From the NCBI GenBank assembly GCA_034667685.1, contig JAXDQU010000001.1, positions 1 to 15,971 on the forward strand: a stretch of 15,971 nucleotides of DNA. Reading direction: 5' to 3'. Below are positions 8,743 through 15,477 of this stretch, piece after piece. The notes below the pieces were generated by a model. That model saw nothing but the letters and a program-made list of their open reading frames with translations, was not told where the DNA came from and did no database searches. Positions within the stretch are counted from its first letter, which is position 1. Each line of letters begins with the position of its first letter. This DNA comes from Thermoplasmata archaeon (GTDB lineage Archaea; Thermoplasmatota; SW-10-69-26; JACQPN01; JAJPHT01). Made by a program: the position numbers and the translations under genes.

Positions 8743-8853
8743 ATGAGCGTGACGCAGCGCGAGTATGGGGCGCTCAAGAAGAGCGTCGGAAGCAACAGCC
8801 CCGTGAGGGCTGAGCTCCCGTTCAGCGTCAAGAAGCCCACCAAGGAAAAATAG
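8743..8853 (+). CDS. 36-aa basic micro-peptide MSVTQREYGALKKSVGSNSPVRAELPFSVKKPTKEK
   Basis: Translated by hand (below the ORF-track cutoff). TATA-like CATTAAGTA at 8718-8726, GGGAGG at 8729-8734, ATG 8743. TAG 8851-8853 lies one base before the next ATG (8855). Confidence 0.6.
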   Translation: MSVTQREYGALKKSVGSNSPVRAELPFSVKKPTKEK

Positions 8854-8854
8854 G

Positions 8855-9529
8855 ATGGGCCTCGATCTCCCAGCGGGCGCGAGCGCCGGCGATCTGATCG
8901 CGATCTTGGCTTTGATCGCACCTGGCTTTCTCGTCCTCTACTTGGTCACGAGCTTTCGAGGACGTCGGATCACGGACAACGCGCTGGTCCTGAGCCTTGC
9001 GAGTCTCCTCGTCAGCGGATTTCTTGCGCTATTCTTCCTTGCCTGGAACCGGATCTCGAACGAATCGGACGTCGCCGCGTTCGTGCTCACGCGGCCCCTC
9101 ACGACCGCTGGCGAGTTCCTCCTGCTTTCCTTGTTGGCGAGCGTCGCTGCCGCGCTCTACGAAGAGCTCGATCCCATCGGTCGCGTCGTCAGATGGGCCA
9201 TCACAAAGAAGAATCGACGAGAGATCCGCGCCCAGAACATCTGGGACGCCTATCTTGAGGACAACTTGGACAACCCGGTTCTCATTGAGTCGCGGGAAGG
9301 TCGGCTCATCGGAGGCTTCCTCCGGCGTCGATCCGAAAGTGAAGACGGCGAACCCAACGCCGTCGTCCTCGTCAAGCCGGCCCTCGTCACGCGGGATGCT
9401 TCGGGGAATCTCAGCGGCGTCCAGCTTGGGCGCACCATGCTTCTCCAGGCGGAGGATATTCGCACGGTCACCGTGCTCGACGGGCCGCGTGTCGATGGCA
9501 CGGGGCAGCCGCCTCTCGGCGAGCCATAG
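8855..9529 (+). CDS. DUF6338-like membrane protein (3 TM helices plus a C-terminal beta-barrel-like domain)
   Basis: LALIAPGFLVLYL start, three hydrophobic segments, then NIWDAYL...VLIESREGRLIGGFL...VVLVKP...MLLQAEDIRTVTV, matching my recollection of the DUF6338 pattern. More A/T-ending codons than flanking genes. Confidence 0.7.
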   Translation: MGLDLPAGASAGDLIAILALIAPGFLVLYLVTSFRGRRITDNALVLSLASLLVSGFLALFFLAWNRISNESDVAAFVLTRPLTTAGEFLLLSLLASVAAALYEELDPIGRVVRWAITKKNRREIRAQNIWDAYLEDNLDNPVLIESREGRLIGGFLRRRSESEDGEPNAVVLVKPALVTRDASGNLSGVQLGRTMLLQAEDIRTVTVLDGPRVDGTGQPPLGEP

Positions 9530-9536
9530 ACGCGGT

Positions 9537-10028
9537 TCACGGCGGCGTCGCGCGCTCGATGAGCGTGCGCACCACGATGTTCGTCGTCGTGCGGCGCACG
9601 CCCTCGAGCGGCTCGAGGCTGCGCAGCAGCAGGCGCTCCAGGCCCCTGATATCACTCGTGCGGACCTTGATGAGCAGGTCGTCCTCGCCCGTGATGGCGT
9701 GGACCTCCAGCACGTCGGGGTCCTTGCGGAGCTGGTCGGCCACCGCCTCGGTGCGCGGCACGTCGCCCTTGCGCCCGCCTTCGAGGCCGATGCTGACGTA
9801 CGCGGTCAGCGTCTTGCCCACGCGCTCCGGATCGACCTCCGCGTGGTAGCCGCGGATGTACCCCTCCTTCTCCAGGCGCTGCACGCGGGCGTGGACGCTC
9901 GGCGCGCCCAGGCCGACCGACTCGCCCAGGCTGCGGTAGGAGCGGCGCGCGTCCTCCTGGAGAAGGCGCAGCAGCTTGCGGTCCACGGCGTCCAGGGTCA
10001 CGCGGGGCCGACGGCCCGGGCCAGGCAT
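9537..10028 (-). CDS. Lrp/AsnC family transcriptional regulator (163 aa)
   Basis: LDAVDRKLLRLLQEDARRSYRSLGESVGLGAPSVHARVQRLEKEGYIRGY HTH; RAM domain EVHAITGEDDLLIKV...GVRRTTTNIV. ATG at 10028. Confidence 0.95.
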   Translation of the reverse strand: MPGPGRRPRVTLDAVDRKLLRLLQEDARRSYRSLGESVGLGAPSVHARVQRLEKEGYIRGYHAEVDPERVGKTLTAYVSIGLEGGRKGDVPRTEAVADQLRKDPDVLEVHAITGEDDLLIKVRTSDIRGLERLLLRSLEPLEGVRRTTTNIVVRTLIERATPP

Positions 10029-10050
10029 AGCGTTTGGCCTTCCGCCCTGG

Positions 10051-10129
10051 GAACGTTCGTCCCGCCACGGTCTCGCGGCGGCGCAGCCGAACGAATCGCT
10101 GAGAGTAGTTTTCACGTTCGAACGAATCG
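10051..10129. promoter_or_regulatory. Candidate Lrp autoregulatory operator array
   Basis: Exact 11-bp direct repeat CGAACGAATCG at 10088-10098 and 10119-10129 (31-bp period); related palindrome GAACGTTC at 10051-10058; all directly upstream of the Lrp gene. Confidence 0.5.
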
Positions 10130-10286
10130 ACGGCCGGGCGCGCGCCAGTTTGATATGGGTCCTGCGTGTCCTCGGTTTTGCGCACGCCCACTCCGGTGGG
10201 CGGAGCCACCCCGCGCCGGGCGGCACAGCAGCCTCCCAACACTCCCAACAGCCTCCCAAGACCGCTGTCCGGCGCCGGGCTTCTTC

Positions 10287-11204
10287 TCACGCCCTCCGAC
10301 GCCGCGCGAGGGCCGTCACCCCACACACCCCCAGCGCGAGGACCGACGCCGGGCCCGGCGCGTCGCGCGGCGGCTCGACACGCGCGAGCGACACCGCGCG
10401 GTAGAACGTCACGCCCAGCGCGTGGTGGAGCGTGTCGTCCACGAACTCGCGCGTCTGGATGCCCACGAGCAGGCCGGTCGGGGCGTCGTAGAGGTTCTCG
10501 AGCGTCACGTTGAGCGGGTGGCCCTCCCAGCCGGGCATCGCCGGGGCCACGCCCCAGCGTCCCCACCGCATCCTCGCCGTGCCGGAGGCCGCGGGCCCGA
10601 AATCGCTCCCGAGTGGCGAGTCGAGATAGCCCACCAAGGGGGTCGCGTTGCCTCCCCGCGCAGGAAGCCAGAGGCTCCAGACGCCGCATCCGCCCTGCGC
10701 GTCCTCCCAGCAGACCGTGCCGTTCTCCAGGAAGACGACCACATCCATCTCGCGCGCGAGGATCTGCCGGCCGGGGAGCTCGACCGTGGGTCGCGTACCG
10801 GGCAAGGAATCGTCGGGGGAGATCGTGGCGTGGGCGAGGTCGAGGCGGCTCGCGTCCAGCCGCCGGACGAAGGAATAGTCTCCCGCCTGCGCCTGGGCGA
10901 CGTGGGCGCGCCCGAAGTAGCGCACGTGCGGGCCCGTGGGGTCGGCGGAGCCCACGAGGAGACCCAGCTCCACGTGCACGCGCGCGGCGGTGTCGTTCTG
11001 CCGGTCCACCCGCGCCACGTAGCGCAGAAGGGCTTGGTCGGCCTGGGCGCCGTCGTCGAACACCGCGACAAGGTGCTCGTCGGGGACCGCCACGCTCTGG
11101 TAGGCGAGGACGGTCCCGGCGGGGACGCCGGTCGCGGCTGCCGCCCCTGGCGCGAGGACCACGAGCAGCACGGCGAGGGCGGGCCCAGGCCGACGCGCGC
11201 TCAC
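10287..11204 (-). CDS. Secreted, surface-anchored hypothetical protein (305 aa) with PGF-CTERM-like C-terminal sorting signal
   Basis: GTG 11204 overlaps the upstream TGA (GTGA). Signal peptide MSARRPGPALAVLLVVLAPGAAAA. C-terminus RDAPGPASVLALGVCGVTALARRRRA has the motif, hydrophobic helix and basic cluster of archaeosortase substrates. Confidence 0.75.
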   Translation of the reverse strand: MSARRPGPALAVLLVVLAPGAAAATGVPAGTVLAYQSVAVPDEHLVAVFDDGAQADQALLRYVARVDRQNDTAARVHVELGLLVGSADPTGPHVRYFGRAHVAQAQAGDYSFVRRLDASRLDLAHATISPDDSLPGTRPTVELPGRQILAREMDVVVFLENGTVCWEDAQGGCGVWSLWLPARGGNATPLVGYLDSPLGSDFGPAASGTARMRWGRWGVAPAMPGWEGHPLNVTLENLYDAPTGLLVGIQTREFVDDTLHHALGVTFYRAVSLARVEPPRDAPGPASVLALGVCGVTALARRRRA

Positions 11205-11578
11205 GCGTGCACCCAGGCTCGCGCGTCGAGCCAGCCGGGGTCCTGGTTGGTGCAGTCGTAGCAGCTTCCGATATAGGTGTCCGTCTCGGACCACGGCGCG
11301 GTGCTGCAGCTGCTGCAGCCGCTGCTGAGGTCCACGAAGCGCCACGAGTACCAGCTGGGGAACGCGCCCGAGGCGTGGTCGTACGTCACGGACTGGTAGG
11401 GAGAGCCCGTGTCGCAGGACCGGAAGCTGACGTACGCGCGCGCCCACGTCTCCGCGCCGTTCACCTGGCCGGAGTCGAGCGTCTGGCCCGAGTCGCAGAA
11501 CGCCGCGGCATGGGGCGCGAGCGCAACGAGGCCGGAGAGGGACAGCAGGCAAGCTAGGGCAAGGTTCGTTTGTCTCAT
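11201..11578 (-). CDS. Small secreted Cys/Trp-rich protein (125 aa)
   Basis: ATG 11578; signal peptide MRQTNLALACLLSLSGLVALAPHAAA; mature part has six Cys including CSSC and CYDC. Confidence 0.75.
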   Translation of the reverse strand: MRQTNLALACLLSLSGLVALAPHAAAFCDSGQTLDSGQVNGAETWARAYVSFRSCDTGSPYQSVTYDHASGAFPSWYSWRFVDLSSGCSSCSTAPWSETDTYIGSCYDCTNQDPGWLDARAWVHA

Positions 11579-11765
11579 GGATTCAACCACCGGGCCGTCC
11601 CGGATCGCGCCAAGACGGCTGCGGGACGGAGGCGTCCGGAAAGGAAGTAAGTTCGCACGGCGCAGGCCCCTTTGGTTCACCGCACGTGCGCAAATTGTTA
11701 TCCAAGCCTTTCCACGCACCCGCATTTTCTCAGGCGAGCGCGCAACACGTCTGCCGCCTGTGGAG

Positions 11766-11772
11766 AAAAAAA
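11766..11772 (-). terminator. Oligo-T tract, candidate terminator for tRNA-Glu
   Basis: A7 on the + strand (T7 on the - strand) about 63 nt downstream of the tRNA 3' end. Confidence 0.35.
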
Positions 11773-11834
11773 TCAAGCCACCGGCGGTGAGAGAAACGGC
11801 AAGAAGCGACGCCCCCCCGGAAGCGGGCCGAGGA

Positions 11835-11907
11835 TGCTCCCGGCGGGATTTGAACCCGCGTCGGAAGCTCGAGAGGCTTCCATCCTTGGCCACTAGACTA
11901 CAGGAGC
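11835..11907 (-). tRNA. tRNA-Glu (anticodon CTC), no intron, CCA not encoded
   Basis: Reverse complement GCTCCTGTAGTCTAGTGGCCAAGGATGGAAGCCTCTCGAGCTTCCGACGCGGGTTCAAATCCCGCCGGGAGCA: acceptor stem GCTCCTG/CGGGAGC, anticodon arm GAAGC-CT-CTC-GA-GCTTC, T arm GCGGG-TTCAAAT-CCCGC, discriminator A. Confidence 0.96.
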
Positions 11908-12058
11908 AGGAAAGCCCGCTCCGGGAGGCGCGACGCGGCCGACAAACCGGCCCCCCGATATCTACCTTCCGGCGCGAGGGGGGCGTTGCCTTTCGATCGC
12001 GCTCCACTTCGAAACCATCATGTCGACCGAGCGCTCACTGGGCACCACGGGATGCACC

Positions 12059-12298
12059 ATGCGACCTTACCACTTTGGTGAGTATACGCTCTACAACCGC
12101 GACGTCGTGCTGAAGAACGACAACGGAACGCAGCGGATCTACTTCTTCGCCAAGGGCCAGCCCAAGAGCGGCCAGCCGGCGCCGCTGCCCGACGGCTACC
12201 GCGTCGAGGTCTCCTCGCGCACCGGGATGCCCTACATCCGCAAGGATCCGGGCGCCGTCAACGCGCAGGGCGGCTGGCTCAAGCGCCTCTTCAACTAG
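12059..12298 (+). CDS. Small basic beta-rich hypothetical protein (79 aa)
   Basis: ATG 12059; YTLYNRDVVLKN...RIYFFAK...LPDGYRVEVSSRTGMPYIRK; host-like codon usage; followed by pyrimidine tract CCTTTTCTTC. Confidence 0.8.
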   Translation: MRPYHFGEYTLYNRDVVLKNDNGTQRIYFFAKGQPKSGQPAPLPDGYRVEVSSRTGMPYIRKDPGAVNAQGGWLKRLFN

Positions 12299-12421
12299 GT
12301 CCTTTTCTTCGGGGCTGGCGCGCCTCCGCGCGCCGCCCACCCTCCTTCTGCCCTGTCACGAGATGGGGTGGCACAAGCGAGAAATAGACTCCTTCGGATG
12401 GGGGCCGCGGGAGGTCTTATC

Positions 12422-13201
12422 ATGACCAAGCTTACGATCGCCATCCTCGCCGCCCTCGTCGCGGTGCCCATGCTTCACATCGTGGCCGCCGACGAGTCCC
12501 ACGCGGACTGCGAGAAGAACGTCACGTGGTACGACGCGGACGGGACCAAGCACGTCTCCGACCAGGGCTGGGCGGGCTACACCCAGACCGACTCGGCGCG
12601 CACCCTGTTCTACCAGGCCACCGCCGGCACGCCCCTCTACTTCAACAACTGCGAGGGCGAGCAGTGGGACGGCCAGGACTCCGTGAACCCCGGCTTCCAC
12701 AGCAACTCCGACCCCTGCTCCGCCGGCGAGCAGGTCGACGCGACCCACCCCGCCATCACCCAGTGCATGGGCACCGACCCCAACCAGGGCACGAGCAGCC
12801 CCGTCGACAACCCCGGCTCCGTCCCCGTCCGCACCCGCGTGAGCGGCGAGGGCGAGACCACCGGCACCGTCCAGGTCTACGAGAGCACGCAGATCGGCGG
12901 CGTCGGCTGGGCCGTCGTCTACCTCGGCAGCTGCACCAACCAGAACGGCCAGACCTCCGGCCTCGAGGGCGACGCGTCCTGCCAGGGCAAGGGCCAGAAC
13001 CGCCAGGGCGTCTACCTCCGCGACGACACGCCCCCCAACGCGCTCGCGACCGCCGTCTCGTCCGCCGGCCTGACCAAGGGCTACGTCTCCGAGGGCGACT
13101 GCGACCAGTCCACCTACCAGAGCGGCGCCGAGCAGGGCGACCGCATGAAGTGCGGCCGCGACAACACGGCCCTCGGCCTCGAAGAGGACCTCCTCTCCTA
13201 G
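12422..13201 (+). CDS. Secreted acidic Cys-rich hypothetical protein (259 aa)
   Basis: GGGAGGT RBS at 12409-12415, ATG 12422, signal peptide MTKLTIAILAALVAVPMLHIVAA; eight Cys; very strong C-ending codon bias. Confidence 0.85.
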   Translation: MTKLTIAILAALVAVPMLHIVAADESHADCEKNVTWYDADGTKHVSDQGWAGYTQTDSARTLFYQATAGTPLYFNNCEGEQWDGQDSVNPGFHSNSDPCSAGEQVDATHPAITQCMGTDPNQGTSSPVDNPGSVPVRTRVSGEGETTGTVQVYESTQIGGVGWAVVYLGSCTNQNGQTSGLEGDASCQGKGQNRQGVYLRDDTPPNALATAVSSAGLTKGYVSEGDCDQSTYQSGAEQGDRMKCGRDNTALGLEEDLLS

Positions 13202-13217
13202 AATGACAGGTCGTCGA

Positions 13218-13253
13218 GGGGCGCAGCGTGTGCCCCGCGCCATCCCTTTTTTT
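13218..13253 (+). terminator. Hairpin plus T7 terminator
   Basis: GGGGCGCA-gcg-TGTGCCCC (13218-13236) followed by TTTTTTT (13247-13253), just after the 12422..13201 stop. Confidence 0.6.
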
Positions 13254-13326
13254 GCTCGTTGTCTGACGCGCGGCACGGGACGTTCGCGTCCGACGACGAG
13301 ATCGCCATCGAGAAGAGACGATGCGC

Positions 13327-13452
13327 GGCCAAGAGGGGGACAGCGCGAGTCCCCCCTCCCAGATTTCAGCCGAATCGCGCTGCGGCGCGACCGGGCGCTT
13401 CGCGCCCTTTCGGCTTCATCCGGAGGGTGGCCTGCTGAAGCAGTCCCCCCTC
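13327..13452. other. Highly structured non-coding element (candidate ncRNA, REP-like repeat or folded recombination site)
   Basis: Nested stems CCCTCC/GGAGGG, GAT/ATC, AGCCGAA/TTCGGCT closing hairpins TCGCGC/GCGCGA and GGGCGC/GCGCCC; 11-bp direct repeat AGTCCCCCCTC at 13348 and 13442. Confidence 0.55.
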
Positions 13453-13518
13453 AACGATTGCACAATGGACAATGAAAGGAGACAAACATTCATAAGCTCG
13501 GCCGCCAACCTCCCGGGC

Positions 13519-14799
13519 ATGAGCAGCCTGAGCGGCGCCGACCCCGATGCGACTTGGGTAGCCCTTGAGCGCATCCTGAGCGACATTCCCACCGAGGAGA
13601 ACCGCGCCACGGTGCGACGCTACCTTGAGCACCGCCAAGCCAACGGCGTCCAATCGGCCACGTTGGGGATCGACGCCAACACGCTGCGCGGCCTCTGCCT
13701 CCACCTGAAGGAGAAGCCCTTGCAGGACGTGGCCAAGGACGACGTCGTGAAGTACCTCAACAACGCGCGCAGCGTCCGCAAGTGGCGCAACGCGAAGAAG
13801 GACGGGACTGTGACCGTCACGGAGAAGACGGCCCGCCTGGGCGCGCGCACCCTAGAGCAGCGCAAGAGCGCGCTCCGTCCCTTCTTCAAGTGGCTCCATG
13901 ACACCGACGAAACCCCAGCCCCCATGAAGGGGATCAAGCGCAGGCGGCATGAGGAAGACAGCATCCCCACCGATGCGCTCCTCACGCGCGACGATCTGCA
14001 GGCGCTTCTTCAAGCGCATCCGGACGCACAGGCCAAGGCGAAACTTGCGGTTCTGTTTGAGTCCGGCTTGCGCGCGGGAGAGTTTTGCTCGCTCAACGTC
14101 GGGAGCGTCGAGTTCGACGAGTACGGTGCCGTCTTGACCCTGCCCAAGAAGCGCAGCGCCGAGGCGAGCCTCAAGACCGGCGCGCGCCGCATCCGCCTCT
14201 TCGATTCTGTGCCGTACCTCCATGCGTGGTACGAGACGCACCCCAACAAGGACGACGCGAAGGCGAGCCTCTTCTTCTCGATGAGCCGCCGGGCTCCCAA
14301 GGCGCGCATGACGCCCAACGCGCTCTGGCAATTCGTGAACCGCGCCGGCACCACAGCCGGACTCAAGAAGGACCTTCATCCCCACCTCTTCCGCCACACG
14401 GCCGCCACGGAGCGCGCCCGGCTCGGTTGGAATGAGGCTCAAATGCGCGCTTACTTCGGGTGGTCGCGCACCAGCGACATGCCCAGCGTCTACGTCCATC
14501 TCGCCGGCCTCGACTATGAGGAAATGGAATTGGAGCGGAGGGGCAAGAAGGGGCACGGCGAGCGCCGCAAGCCCGCCCTCGCGCCGATCACCTGCAAGGT
14601 CTGTCGCGCTGAGAACCTGGCCACCGCGACCTTCTGTCAGTCGTGCCGAAACCCCGTCAGTCCCGAGGCTGAAGCGGAGCTGCAGAAGAAGCGCGAAGCC
14701 GAAATCAAGGAAGCCGCCAGCAAGATCGTCCTGGGCGGGATGCGTGACTTGATTGAAGCCGAAGTCGCCCGCGCGCTCAAGGCGAAGCTGGAGAGCTAA
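13519..14799 (+). CDS. Tyrosine recombinase/integrase with C-terminal zinc ribbon
   Basis: Catalytic motifs ESGLRAGE (R), LKTG (K), HPHLFRH (HxxR), YFGW, VYVHL (Y); C-terminal CKVC-x10-CQSC. Start uncertain: ATG 13519 has TATA-like TTCATAAG 23-30 nt upstream; in-frame ATG 13465 is the alternative. Confidence 0.93.
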   Translation: MSSLSGADPDATWVALERILSDIPTEENRATVRRYLEHRQANGVQSATLGIDANTLRGLCLHLKEKPLQDVAKDDVVKYLNNARSVRKWRNAKKDGTVTVTEKTARLGARTLEQRKSALRPFFKWLHDTDETPAPMKGIKRRRHEEDSIPTDALLTRDDLQALLQAHPDAQAKAKLAVLFESGLRAGEFCSLNVGSVEFDEYGAVLTLPKKRSAEASLKTGARRIRLFDSVPYLHAWYETHPNKDDAKASLFFSMSRRAPKARMTPNALWQFVNRAGTTAGLKKDLHPHLFRHTAATERARLGWNEAQMRAYFGWSRTSDMPSVYVHLAGLDYEEMELERRGKKGHGERRKPALAPITCKVCRAENLATATFCQSCRNPVSPEAEAELQKKREAEIKEAASKIVLGGMRDLIEAEVARALKAKLES

Positions 14800-14987
14800 G
14801 TGGGTGTCGAGCGGCGCCGAGCGCGTCTGGCGGGCCCGGCCGGCGGCTCGGCGTGCTTGGCCGCGTCTTGCTCGACTTGCACCTGGGCGAGCCTGCGTAG
14901 GATGCATTCGAGCTCTCCGGCTTCGCCGTGGGTGTGGCCTTCGCGTTGGCAGATGAGGCGTCTGTAAGCGTCGAGGAAGAGTCCCAA
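14796..14987 (-). CDS. Possible small hypothetical protein (63 aa), convergent with the integrase
   Basis: AAGGAGTGA RBS-like sequence upstream of TTG 14987; its TAG overlaps the integrase TAA; contains C-x4-H-x-H-x7-C. Confidence 0.35.
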   Translation of the reverse strand: MGLFLDAYRRLICQREGHTHGEAGELECILRRLAQVQVEQDAAKHAEPPAGPARRARRRSTPT

Positions 14988-15441
14988 GCGAGCTCACTCC
15001 TTGGGCGCGCGAGTCGGGCTCTTGGCGTGCACATGGTTCGAGCTGCTATGTGGGACATCGTGCTGGGAGCGCAGCATGCCCCACCCCTGTGGGCGTTCCC
15101 TTAAGATAACCAGTCTGGAAAATATACATGATGTGCTTTCTGGGGCGCCCCGGACTTGCCCGTTGGAATGCTTCGAAACTCCGCGATCGCACAGGCGCGC
15201 GCCCACAGCAGAGCCACGAGATACGGCGAGCCCTCGCCGGGACGGCGCTCAAGGGTCGGGGGAGAGGCCCGCGCGACGCAGGCTTGCGAGCGATGCGAGA
15301 ACGGCCAGACGTCACGGGCTCAGAAGACCGCCAGCGACGCCTCAGGAATCTGGCTCTGGACCGGCCCGCGGGCCCTGGGCGGTGTGGCGAGGGCGCAGCG
15401 CGTTCCTGGTTGGCCTATTCCTTAAGGAGGCCCCCCTCCCC

Positions 15442-15477
15442 TTTTCTGGCCGGATTTTCTGGCCGACTTTCTGGCAG
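15442..15477. repeat. Three iteron-like direct repeats, core TTTCTGGC
   Basis: TTTTCTGGCCG at 15442 and 15455; CTTTCTGGCAG at 15467. Confidence 0.65.

Noticed and set aside
8997-11261. 754-aa + strand ORF
   Set aside because: Overlaps three better-supported genes and translates to low-complexity sequence.
11835-11880. tRNA-Glu 3' end as att site of the integrase
   Set aside because: No second copy found by eye in the window, and the tRNA 3' end faces away from the integrase.
11205-12007. Upstream extensions of ORFs 10287..11552 and 11201..12007
   Set aside because: They run through the neighbouring gene or the tRNA; signal peptides place the starts at 11204 and 11578.
13327-13452. Structured element as tRNA, SRP RNA, RNase P RNA, hammerhead ribozyme or SECIS
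   Set aside because: No T-loop or anticodon arm, no SRP helix-8 motif, no RNase P GAGGAAAGUCC, and CGGAUGA instead of the hammerhead CUGANGA. The AUGA/GA similarity to SECIS is unsupported because no selenoprotein gene is adjacent.
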